This document shows positions 40,101 through 51,500 of a DNA stretch of 64,000 bases, piece after piece. The notes under the pieces were generated by a model that had not been told where the DNA came from, did not search any database, and was given only the letters and a program-made list of their open reading frames with translations. This stretch comes from Auanema rhodensis. Its lineage: Eukaryota; Animalia; Nematoda. The position numbers and the translations under genes are program-made. Every line of letters begins with the position of its first letter. Position 1 is the first letter of the stretch. Location: contig OZ059896.1 in NCBI GenBank assembly GCA_964057225.1, positions 13,826,001 through 13,890,000 on the forward strand. The letters run 5' to 3'.

Positions 40101-42870
40101 GACTCTGAATCCTGCGACCCGAGTTCAAATCTCGGCGGAACCTACTTTTTCATTTTGATCAACTAGTCAATTTGTTTCTTCTTGAACTATCTTCTTGAAG
40201 AAAATAGTCAAGGCGGAGTCTTTTGATCTAAATCGTCGGTTCCGTGGTGTAGCGGTTAGCACTCAGGACTCTGAATCCTGCGACCCGAGTTCAAATCTCG
40301 GCGGAACCTACTTTTTCTTTTTGATCAACTAGTCAATTTGTTTCTTCTTGAACTATCTTCTTGAAGAACATAAACAAGGCGGAGTCTTTTGATCTAAATC
40401 GTCGGTTCCGTGGTGTAGCGGTTAGCACTCAGGACTCTGAATCCTGCGACCCGAGTTCAAATCTCGGCGGAACCTACTTTTTCATTTTTATCAGTTGGTC
40501 AATTTGTATCTTCTTGAACTATCTTCTTGAAGAAAATAGTCAAGGCGGAGTATTTTGATCTAAATCGTCGGTTCCGTGGTGTAGCGGTCAGCACTCAGGA
40601 CTCTGAATCCTGCGACCCGAGTTCAAATCTCGGCGGAACCTACTTTTTCATTTTTATCAGTTGGTCAATTTGTATCTTCTTGATCTATCTTCTTGAAGAA
40701 AATAGTCAAGGCGGAGTATTTTGATCTAAATCGTCGGTTCCGTGGTGTAGCGGTTAGCACTCAGGACTCTGAATCCTGCGACCCGAGTTCAAATCTCGGC
40801 GGAACCTACTTTTTCATTTTGATCAACTAGTCAATTTGTTTCTTCTTGAACTATCTTCTTGAAGAAAATAGTCAAGGCGGAGTCTTTTGATCTAAATCGT
40901 CGGTTCCGTGGTGTAGCGGTTAGCACTCAGGACTCTGAATCCTGCGACCCGAGTTCAAATCTCGGCGGAACCTACTTTTTCTTTTTGATCAACTAGTCAA
41001 TTTGTTTCTTCTTGAACTATCTTCTTGAAGAACATAAACAAGGCGGAGTCTTTTGATCTAAATCGTCGGTTCCGTGGTGTAGCGGTTAGCACTCAGGACT
41101 CTGAATCCTGCGACCCGAGTTCAAATCTCGGCGGAACCTAGTTTTTCATTTTTATCAGTTGGTCAATTTGTTTCTTCTTGAACTATCTTCTTGAAGAACA
41201 TAGTCAAGGCGGAGTCTTTTGATCTAAATCGTCGGTTCCGTGGTGTAGCGGTTAGCACTCAGGACTCTGAATCCTGCGACCCGAGTTCAAATCTCGGCGG
41301 AACCTACTTTTTCATTTTGATCAGTTGGTCAATTTGTTTCTTCTTGAACTATCTTCTTGAAGAACATAGTCAACGAGGAGTCTTTTGATCTAAATCGTCG
41401 GTTCCGTGGTGTAGCGGTTAGCACTCAGGACTCTGAATCCTGCGACCCGAGTTCAAATATCGGCGGAACCTACTTTTTCATTTTGATCAACTAGTCAATT
41501 TGTTTCTTCTTGAACTATCTTCTTGAAGAACATAAACAAGGCGGAGTCTTTTGATCTAAATCGTCGGTTCCGTGGTGTAGCGGTTAGCACTCAGGACTCT
41601 GAATCCTGCGACCCGAGTTCAAATCTCGGCGGAACCTACTTTTTCATTTTGATCAACTAGTCAATTTGTTTCTTCTTGAACTATCTTCTTGAAGAAAATA
41701 GTCAAGGCGGAGTCTTTTGATCTAAATCGTCGGTTCCGTGGTGTAGCGGTTAGCACTCAGGACTCTGAATCCTGCGACCCGAGTTCAAATCTCGGCGGAA
41801 CCTACTTTTTCTTTTTGATCAACTAGTCAATTTGTTTCTTCTTGAACTATCTTCTTGAAGAACATAAACAAGGCGGAGTCTTTTGATCTAAATCGTCGGT
41901 TCCGTGGTGTAGCGGTTAGCACTCAGGACTCTGAATCCTGCGACCCGAGTTCAAATCTCGGCGGAACCTACTTTTTCATTTTTATCAGTTGGTCAATTTG
42001 TATCTTCTTGAACTATCTTCTTGAAGAAAATAGTCAAGGCGGAGTATTTTGATCTAAATCGTCGGTTCCGTGGTGTAGCGGTCAGCACTCAGGACTCTGA
42101 ATCCTGCGACCCGAGTTCAAATCTCGGCGGAACCTACTTTTTCATTTTTATCAGTTGGTCAATTTGTATCTTCTTGATCTATCTTCTTGAAGAAAATAGT
42201 CAAGGCGGAGTATTTTGATCTAAATCGTCGGTTCCGTGGTGTAGCGGTTAGCACTCAGGACTCTGAATCCTGCGACCCGAGTTCAAATCTCGGCGGAACC
42301 TACTTTTTCATTTTGATCAACTAGTCAATTTGTTTCTTCTTGAACTATCTTCTTGAAGAAAATAGTCAAGGCGGAGTCTTTTGATCTAAATCGTCGGTTC
42401 CGTGGTGTAGCGGTTAGCACTCAGGACTCTGAATCCTGCGACCCGAGTTCAAATCTCGGCGGAACCTACTTTTTCTTTTTGATCAACTAGTCAATTTGTT
42501 TCTTCTTGAACTATCTTCTTGAAGAACATAAACAAGGCGGAGTCTTTTGATCTAAATCGTCGGTTCCGTGGTGTAGCGGTTAGCACTCAGGACTCTGAAT
42601 CCTGCGACCCGAGTTCAAATCTCGGCGGAACCTAGTTTTTCATTTTTATCAGTTGGTCAATTTGTTTCTTCTTGAACTATCTTCTTGAAGAACATAGTCA
42701 ACGGGGAGTCTTTTGATCTAAATCGTCGGTTCCGTGGTGTAGCGGTTAGCACTCAGGACTCTGAATCCTGCGACCCGAGTTCAAATCTCGGCGGAACCTA
42801 CTTTTTCATTTTGATCAGTTGGTCAATTTGTTTCTTCTTGAACTATCTTCTTGAAGAACATAGTCAACGG
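37181..42870 (+). tRNA. tRNA-Gln tandem array block 2: ~34 genes (37250 to 42799), nearly all CTG
   Basis: 5478 bp between first and last gene starts = 33 x 166. Confidence 0.96.
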
Positions 42871-43217
42871 TGTGGCAATATACCACAAGTGTATAGTATG
42901 GTTGGAAGTAAAACACAAAGCGAATATGTAGAAAAGGGTTTATTGATGAATTAACAAGACAAGCACGGAATAAAATCACTGACTGCGAACGTTGAAGATG
43001 TAAGACTGATCTCTTCTCGTGGGCGGTCGTCAGCCTGAAACAAAGAGTTAGTCATGCCACATGTATAACACAACATGTGGTATGGATAAAAATTACTTAG
43101 GAAGTTACAAGAAAGAAGAAAGAAGAGAGAGAGAGAGAGAGAGGGAGAGAACAGGAGAGACAAATAAAACAATTGTTGAAGATAAAATTTATACAAACTC
43201 ACTCGCTTATCGCGACA
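42871..43217 (-). repeat. 3' LTR of copy 2 (347 bp)
   Basis: TGTGGCAATA...TCGCGACA, direct repeat of 52277-52623. Confidence 0.96.
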
Positions 43218-43247
43218 CTCCCGGCAATGCGGGAATGAGAAGAAGGC

Positions 43248-43760
43248 CTACAAAGGTCTTTTACGTTTTATATCACCACAAACCACTCCATGATGCGTAT
43301 CCGCCTTACATCTATAGCAGGATACCTCGCAAATCGCTGGATGTTTTTGATTCAAACATCTGATGCATAACCCCAGTTCATGAAGACGGAGAGTGCGTTC
43401 CGGTGAGGAAGGATAAATCGGACAGGCCGCAGTACGGTGCCCATCAGCTGTCGGTTTATTGCAGAATACACATGAAGCTTTAGGAGCAGTCTGAATGGTC
43501 AAATTGTCCAGTTTCAGATTTAACGAATGTTGAATATTGTCCAGTCGTTCGGATAGATGGTTCACCGCGCTAGCTAGGTGCTCGTAGAGCCTCTTTTCAA
43601 GCACAATTAGTTGCCTCAGATTGGCAGCAGTGTTAGGTAGATGGGAATATTTTTTGAGCTCTTCCTCAAAGGAAGCATTCTCAATTATATTCGAGACAAT
43701 ATCTTCCATTTTCATGGAATATAGGAGAAACATGAGCTGCATCCTTATATACATGTTCAC
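43248..43760 (-). CDS. Accessory 3' zinc-knuckle ORF of copy 2, 170 aa
   Basis: Identical to the copy 1 ORF from residue ~13 onward. Confidence 0.8.
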   Translation of the reverse strand: MNMYIRMQLMFLLYSMKMEDIVSNIIENASFEEELKKYSHLPNTAANLRQLIVLEKRLYEHLASAVNHLSERLDNIQHSLNLKLDNLTIQTAPKASCVFCNKPTADGHRTAACPIYPSSPERTLRLHELGLCIRCLNQKHPAICEVSCYRCKADTHHGVVCGDIKRKRPL

Positions 43761-44056
43761 ATCTGGACTTTAAACGCTGATTAACATCTATTAGTTTATT
43801 GTACAATGGTGTGTTTAGGTTATCTTGTTACAGATACAATGAATTTTAGAGCCTGTACAAAAGGTTATGTGTTATGTAACTGAGTTGGATAAAAGAAACT
43901 TGATACTACCATAAATTGAAATGAAAGAAAAACAATGATATTGTTTTATTACAATGGTTATATTCGTACATAATGCTTTCTTTTTCTTTTGTTTCATTAT
44001 TATTTCAATTTTTAATTTTAAATTTAATCTCCACAAGAAATTCTTCTCTTATGCTT

Positions 44057-45547
44057 TTAAAATCTTTGATCCCGAAATAAGGCTTTTGATTTTATCCACA
44101 GTGTGAATATCCTGGTAGCTATCCATTGTGTGGTTAAGACTGTATTCAAAACTACACAGTACATGATGGGTGTACATGCCACATATCCTATGGTGGCGGT
44201 TATTGCAACGCCTATCAATATGATTCCCAACTTTGATAAAATTAACTTGAAGATTGGAGCGAAGTCAATGGATTTGGATTCTGTACCCTTACTTGAGTCA
44301 CTTTCGTTTATTTCATCTATGCTTGCTATGTGATGTAATATTCCTTTAATAATGATCTTAATTTTTTTATTGTCGCATGTGGTATAGCATAATTCATCAA
44401 TCTGAGAATTTTCTCTTTTCATTGTTACTTTTGTGATTGCTACTTTTGGAGAGCATTTTATCATGAATACTTCTTTTTGACATTCGATAGAAATCCATGT
44501 TTCTTCTGCCGTAAGGCATTGGAATTCTGCGAATGCACCCTGCCCGCAGGAGTAGCAACCTGATAGTTTTGTCAGGGCAGGTGCGCAAGGCAAATTGTTG
44601 GAGAAAATCACTGAGTTTAAGAATAGGGATGAATCGACCGTAACTAAATTTTCGTCTAAATTCGTAGAGAATGATAACGTGTTATCTTTAGTTTTAAAGT
44701 TTTGGTTAGGAGATTTTATGTCTGATGTATTGGACATTTTTTCAAAAGTAGGGGTATCACACCTACATTTTATTTCATCAAATCTATTGAATGTGCAAGG
44801 GCAGAATGAGGATACTGTACAGTTATTAAAATGTTTTAATGCGGCTTCCTCTGTTGCACATTGAATTATTCCCTTTGTGTGTATATCCGTAATGTACGTG
44901 TTTTCTTTGGAGGAAAAAAATAATTTTGTGTACATTTCTGGAGGAGGTTGTGATTGTGATAACGTTGTTATATTGAAAAGTTGTTCACGATTTTTCGTGT
45001 AAGGTTGTAGAGTGATATTGTAATTATTTTTCTGCTGGAGTAATGTTGTTTCTATATTAAATACGGTTTGGGTGGACCAACTATCACAAGTATAGACTTC
45101 GTATACTTCCTCAGTGACGGGTATATGCTCTATTTTGTAGAAAAGACAAGGATCTGTCCAAATCATAGGACATGTGTAAAATCTCGCTGACGATGTGAAG
45201 CAACCTGATTGTGAAGGGAACGTATATGGTTGTAGTTCCTCGATTTTATTATGGAGCGAGTTAGTTTCACATGTTCCGTCACACGAGCCCCGGTGACGGC
45301 ATCGTAATATGCTCAATATGTTGACGGTTGTCTGTCTAGTGAAGTATCTAGTATTCTTTTGGCAGACATGTTCAGTATATAGTTTAGTTATTTTAAATTG
45401 ACCAATTTCATGATTAGAATGCGTTATGGTAATGCATAATTGTTTTGTTCCGGGAGAAAATATGATATCTTGACTGTATTCGTGATAACAAGCTAAGTTG
45501 TCATCGCATCGTATGTTAACGAAGTGTTGAACATGAACATCGGAACA
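44057..45547 (-). other. Env domain: phlebovirus G2/Gc-like class II fusion glycoprotein (copy 1 equivalent 28603-30093)
   Basis: Preceded by signal-like LLAIILALCIGSCSS|CSD; conserved Cys pattern and GCYSCxxGA motif of Phlebovirus_G2-type envelopes known from nematode BEL elements; C-terminal hydrophobic anchor LGIILIGVAITATIGYVAC. Confidence 0.82.
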
Positions 45548-48500
45548 TGAACTGCAGCTTCCAATACATAAAGCCAAGATGATTGCCAGTAACGATGGTA
45601 AAGATGTTTGCGACCCTCTAGTAAAGAGAGAGAATTTTGGTGGCTTTCTCGTACGGTTTAAAATAGGGTAAATATGCTTTTGAAAGGTTTCATGATCCAC
45701 AATATTAGCGTCTTGTGTGTTCGTTTGTTTTAATTGCAACGTATCATTGTGGTCTTCTGTTATTTTTTGATCAGTTTCATGATCTTCTTGTTCGGAGATT
45801 GTTTTATGTTTTAATTTCATGATGTTGAGCATGGTTTGAGTGTTTTTGGACCATGTCTTATATCTATATTGGCTGTAGCCCATGCGGCATAGACAAGAGA
45901 CTATGAGGGTAACTGCCATAATGGTTATTATCACTGTCCATGTTGCCATTTCTGGGGAGCAATGAGGATTCGCTATAAGTTTTGTGGTGAACATGTTAGA
46001 GTCCTTGCAACTATTGATTTCTTCGGCATATGTCGAAGTAATTATAATCGGTAATGAAAGGGCTTTCATTATGTCAGCTGCTATTTTTGGGTTTATTTTA
46101 TTTTTTCTTTGGTGTGTGGCATAGGACATTTTTAGTGGGAAGGCTTTTATATTTTCCTTCTCAGTGACCTCATCTTGTTCTGTATATTTTGCTGTTTTCA
46201 CTGATGATGGTTTTGTTTTATTTTGAGGTCGATCGTTTGTTGCATCCTCATTATTCTCTGTTTCTGGAGTGTATGTATTATCATGTTGAGAGTTGTCTGA
46301 TTCATATGCAATATCGTAATTATGGTTGCTATCATTTATGTTATTGTTCTCATGTATTGTTTCATCTGTATGTTCTATATGATGATCGGAGTGTATGTTG
46401 TCTAATACGGTATCAGTATGTGCTATTCTATCTGTTGAGCTATTATTTTCTTGGACTATGTGTGAGTTGTCTTCTATGATTTTGTTGTTGCTAGTGTTGC
46501 ATCTTATCTCTAGTGGATAGAGCTGATTGATGGATCGAGTAATTATGTTTCCGTTGCTTGTTGCAACTTTTGCTGAACGTATGTTGCCATCTGAACTAGT
46601 AATTGTTTCAATAATGCGACCTAGTTTCCATGTTCCTCGTGGCGACATGTCGTTTTGTATTATTACTATTTCATCCTTGTGAGGAAAGAGATTTGTGTGA
46701 TTTTTTCTCTTGTTTTTATGTTTGAAAATGTCTTTTAAACTAGTTAGATACTCCTCCTGGAAACGTGTCCAGAATTTAGACGCTGAGTCTTCTGATAACT
46801 GAAGAGCTTCTAGCGCTTGTTCTGTCGATTGAATCGTTTGGATATCGCTGTGAATATCGAATATATGAGTGTTATCATTGTTTTCTGGTAATGAAAACTT
46901 TATTGCTGATGTTAAAAAATCAATTGGTCTTATGGGTAAAGCATCTAAATTATCTGGGTGTGGATGAGTGAGTGGGCGTGTATTAATTATGGCTTCTATT
47001 TTTACAATAGCTGTGTGTAAATCATCTAGTGACATTTGACTAGGAACGAAGCATTTTTTGAGGGATGATTTGGTGACACCTACTAAGCGTTCCCAACAAC
47101 CTCCTTTCCAAGGAGATAGCGGAGTGTTGTATATCCATTTAATTTTTCTTTGAGCTAATGTGTTTAGTATGCTACTTTCATTGTAATCCGAGGTTTTTTC
47201 AAGGGTTTCTAATATTTTTGAGCTCAGAATAAAGTTTCCTGCGCAGTCACTGCGCATAATTTCTGGAGTACCTCTGCGTGAAATAAATCTATTAAATGCA
47301 TTCATAAAGGCAACTGTGGATTGATTGGTGACTACCTCTAAGTGAACCGCTCTAGTTGTCATGCATGTAAACAGACAAATATGGACTTTAGACCCATTTC
47401 GAAGGGTGAAGGGGCCCATAAGATCACACCCTGTTGAAAAGAATGCTCTTGTAAGAATTGCTCTGTCTTTTGGTAGCGATGGCATATCTGGTAATTCATA
47501 AGGATGTGATTGAAATCTTTTACATGTCACACAGTTTTTCAATGTTTGCTTAATGACTCCGGTTATTTTTGGTATATAGAACTTTTGTCTGAGTTGAATA
47601 AGCGTGAAATTTTTGCCTTGATGATTATTATCTTTGTGTATTTTGTTGATCAGTTTTTTAACTATGGGGTTTGTTTTGAGAAGGAATATAGGGTTTTTTG
47701 TCTCTTCGGGAAGAAGAGTATTTTGTAAACGACTTCTTACGCGATAAATGTCCCATGTATCTTTGAAGAATTTTAAATTTATATTTCTTTGCTGTAGCTC
47801 ATCGAGGCTCATATTAGATTGGCTGTTACTGATCAAAATTTTTTCAATTATGTTGATGTCTTCAACAGTATTCGTGTCTGTTGATGTGAGATGTTTTATT
47901 TTTTGCAACTTGTTGGCGTTGTTAGGATGGACTTTAAGAAACCATTTTTTGAATAATTTTCCTACGGTTGTCATTGTTTTGATCACATCATCATAGTTTT
48001 CACGAATGTTCCAAATATCATCGGTTGGAAGATTGTCTATAATTATGTGGACCACATTGTGATGCTCCGATTCTGATTCTGCGTTATTCCTGTTAGAGTT
48101 CTTAGGCGAGCCGAATGATGTCAGAGGGTTATGAGCGGAAAGTTTAGTTAACCAATGTGGACCCTTTATCCAGTCGGAATCTTGTAGTTTCTCGATGTCT
48201 GCACCTCGGGATCCGATGTCTGCAGTATTGTACGAGGTTTGTACATGATGTAATTCTACATTGCAACATACTTGTTTGATTTGGTGTAGCTGTTTATTTA
48301 TAATGTTTGTTTGATTTTTAATGAACAGTGGGAGGGATTTTAGAGAAATAATCCATGATAGCGCGATGTTGCTATCGCTTACAATGTTGACTTTTGCCAC
48401 TTTCGGGCATATGGTTACAATAGCTAATGCCATTCGTACTGCTAAGCGGATGGCTAATAATTCTAATCGAGGAATTGTGGTCTTATTTTTGGGTGCTATG

Positions 48501-51500
48501 CGGGATTTACCGTTGAGCAGAGAACTAATCTGCTCGTTTGTTTGGAAATATGAACATGCGGCCATGGCTTGGTTGCTTGCGTCAGCAAAGACCCATAACT
48601 GTGTTTTATGTTCAGAGAATTTAAAATATCTTTTCATGGTCAATTGCTGATTGTTAATGTGATTAATATGTTGTTCCCATTGTTTGATATTATCTGATTC
48701 AATGGGTTGGTCCCATGATGATTTTGTGTTTATGATTTCTCGCAAGATAAGTTTGAGAGGTAACAGTAATGGTGCTGCTAATCCAATGGGATCAAATATT
48801 GAGTGTAGCTGACTGAGTAGAATTCTCTTGGTGTAACTTGTGTGAGTCGTTGTTATTTTTATTGGGATAATGAAGGAGTCGTGTTCTTTATTAAAAGATA
48901 TGCCAAGTATTTTGGTTGTCATGTTCGGATATCTGTCTTCTTCAGGAAGGTTCTGTATTACTTGTTCGTCGTTTGACAAGAATTCGCGAACATGCATGTT
49001 TATTTCTGTAAATAGTTTTTGGGTTTCTTTACATTTCTTTATAGCTTCTGCTGTTGTATTTGCTGTAAGAATGATATTGTCAACGTATAAGTTGTTCAGT
49101 ATTTCCATAGCTAATGGGTTGTCTACTTTTGATTCTAAGAACCATTTTATGCCCATGTTCAATACGCTGGGGGATGCAGTGATACCGAACGGTAATCTGT
49201 TGAATCGAAGGGTTATGATATTATTGTGAGATATTGGGTATTCTTTGTTTTTTATCCAAAAGAATTTGCATAGATTTTTGTGATTCTCTGTCAGTTGTAT
49301 TTGTAAAAATGCGGCTTTGATATCGCATGTTATTAATATTGGTCTTGTTCTGCAGGAGATCATGATGTCGTGTATATATGTGATAAATGATCGTCCTGTG
49401 TGTATTATCTCATTCAACGATGGGCTGTCTTTCTGTTTAGCGGAGGCGTCAAAAACGATTCTGAGAGGGTTAGCCTTGCTGGGCTTCCAAACCCCATGGT
49501 GGGGCATATAAAACTCTAAAGGCTCCTGGTGATTGTTGGGAATTTGTTCGACAATGTTATCTTTGAGGTAACTTTCAATGGTTGTAGTATAGTGTGAGAG
49601 CATTTCTGGATTGTGCAGTAACTTTCGCCATAGGGATACGAATCTATGGTACGCGGGCATTTTGTTGTTTTTAAGATTTTTGAAGTTATTTTTTAACGGG
49701 AACGGTGCAATAATGCGGTTGTTCTCAATTTTTATATCTTTTGAGTATTCTTCATAGTAATCAATAGTGCGGTCTGCGTTGGCATTTTCTGTATTGATGC
49801 CGATAGAATCCAGTTCAAACAGATTAGTGAGGAGTTCTTTATGAGAGGTTTCTTTTGTTATTTCTTCTACTGTAGAGCATAATATTGCTTCTTGTTGTGT
49901 ATTATCATCGGGAAGAGGAGCTTCTCCATGTATCATGTGGCCGAATACCGAATTTTTCAATCTCATACGTGAGGGGAGTTCGGTTTCTTCGTTTAAATGC
50001 ATGAACAGTTTGTATCTATCCATACCTATCAGTATATCCGGAGTAAATGATTCTCCGTTTGTTTGTGGATTGGCTAATTTTATTTTTCTTGTCTTTATAA
50101 ATTTCAAGTCTTCTTTAGATAGTTTTGGACAACGTATGGGTGTGGTTAACATGGGTTTGGTGAATAGTTTTGTTACGATAAGGGATCCACTTGAGGTTCC
50201 AATAATTACCTTTACGTCCTGAACTTCGTGCGTTTCGGACAATGCTCCGATACCGTAAAAGGTTTTCTTTTGAGAACCAAGGATGGGCAATCCTAACTTA
50301 GTGGATAAGTCCTTGGATATAAAAGATCTCATGGATCCTTCATCTATGAGCATGCGTACTTGCTCATATTTTTTACTATTGTGGTTGTATATGTTCGCCA
50401 TTGCTGTTCGTAATATTACTTGACTTTCTTCAATATTATGTGTGTCGGCAATGTGATTAAGCGATACTGGTGCATTAAGTGCCTCAGTAGGGATTCGATT
50501 ATTAGTGTCAGATTCTTGTTTATATTCTGTTGTTTTTTTATTCAATAATTCTTCTGTGGTGATCAGTAAAGCCTGATCTTTTTTAATTGTGGGAGTTTCT
50601 TTATCTTTTTGGGTATTTTGCACGTTTTTTCTTCCTTGTGAGCACAAGGAGGAATTATGGTCTCCTTGGCAATTTCGACATTTTTGTTTTCTGCATTCGG
50701 AACTTTTGTGTTTCTCGGAAAAACAAATCCAACAGATGGCCTTTCCGCGGATGCGGTGTCTTCTTTTCTCTGGTGTTTCAAATGTGGTGCAATGATAAAA
50801 GCGATGTTCGGATGAGTCGCAGAAAACACATGGCCAAGTTTGGGTTTTCCGTTGTTCTACGGAGTTTTCTTTATGTGCTACAGATGTGACATTCTCTTTG
50901 GGATTTCGAAACTTTTGTTCATGACTATTTCTTGTTTGTTCTTTTAGAAAAAAGGAATAGATTTTGTGGTCTACAGCTGTCAGCATTTCTTTAGTGGAAT
51001 GGTAGTTGTTTGGATAAATTAGAATGTCTTCCACGATGTGGTATGGGAATTTGTTGAGAATCATCGCGGTACACATTTCGCGGGATACTGTAGCTCCGGC
51101 TGCTTCAATTTGCCTGATAAGTGCCTTGGTTTCCCCAAATGTTTCTTTACATGATTTTGCATTATTGCTTGCAAATCTCAAATTACGTAGTTGTGTTAAA
51201 AGAGAGTTGATATCCGACGAATAGTCTCCAAATTCAGAAACTAATGCTTCACGCATGAGCTCATAATTTTGAGCAGAGGGTTCTATTCCTCTGATTGCTA
51301 TTTGTGAATCGCCTTTGAGGCTTTCACAGAGTAGGTTTACCTTTTCTAAGGTTGTAAACTGTTCATTATCATGAACAAGTCTATCAAAACGGCCCCAGAA
51401 TGATTTGAAGTTCTCTGGTTTGCCATCAAATGTAGGTAGCGACATCGCTGGTTTTTGGATGCTAGTTTGTTGGATGTGTAGGAATGACTTGATAATTTCC

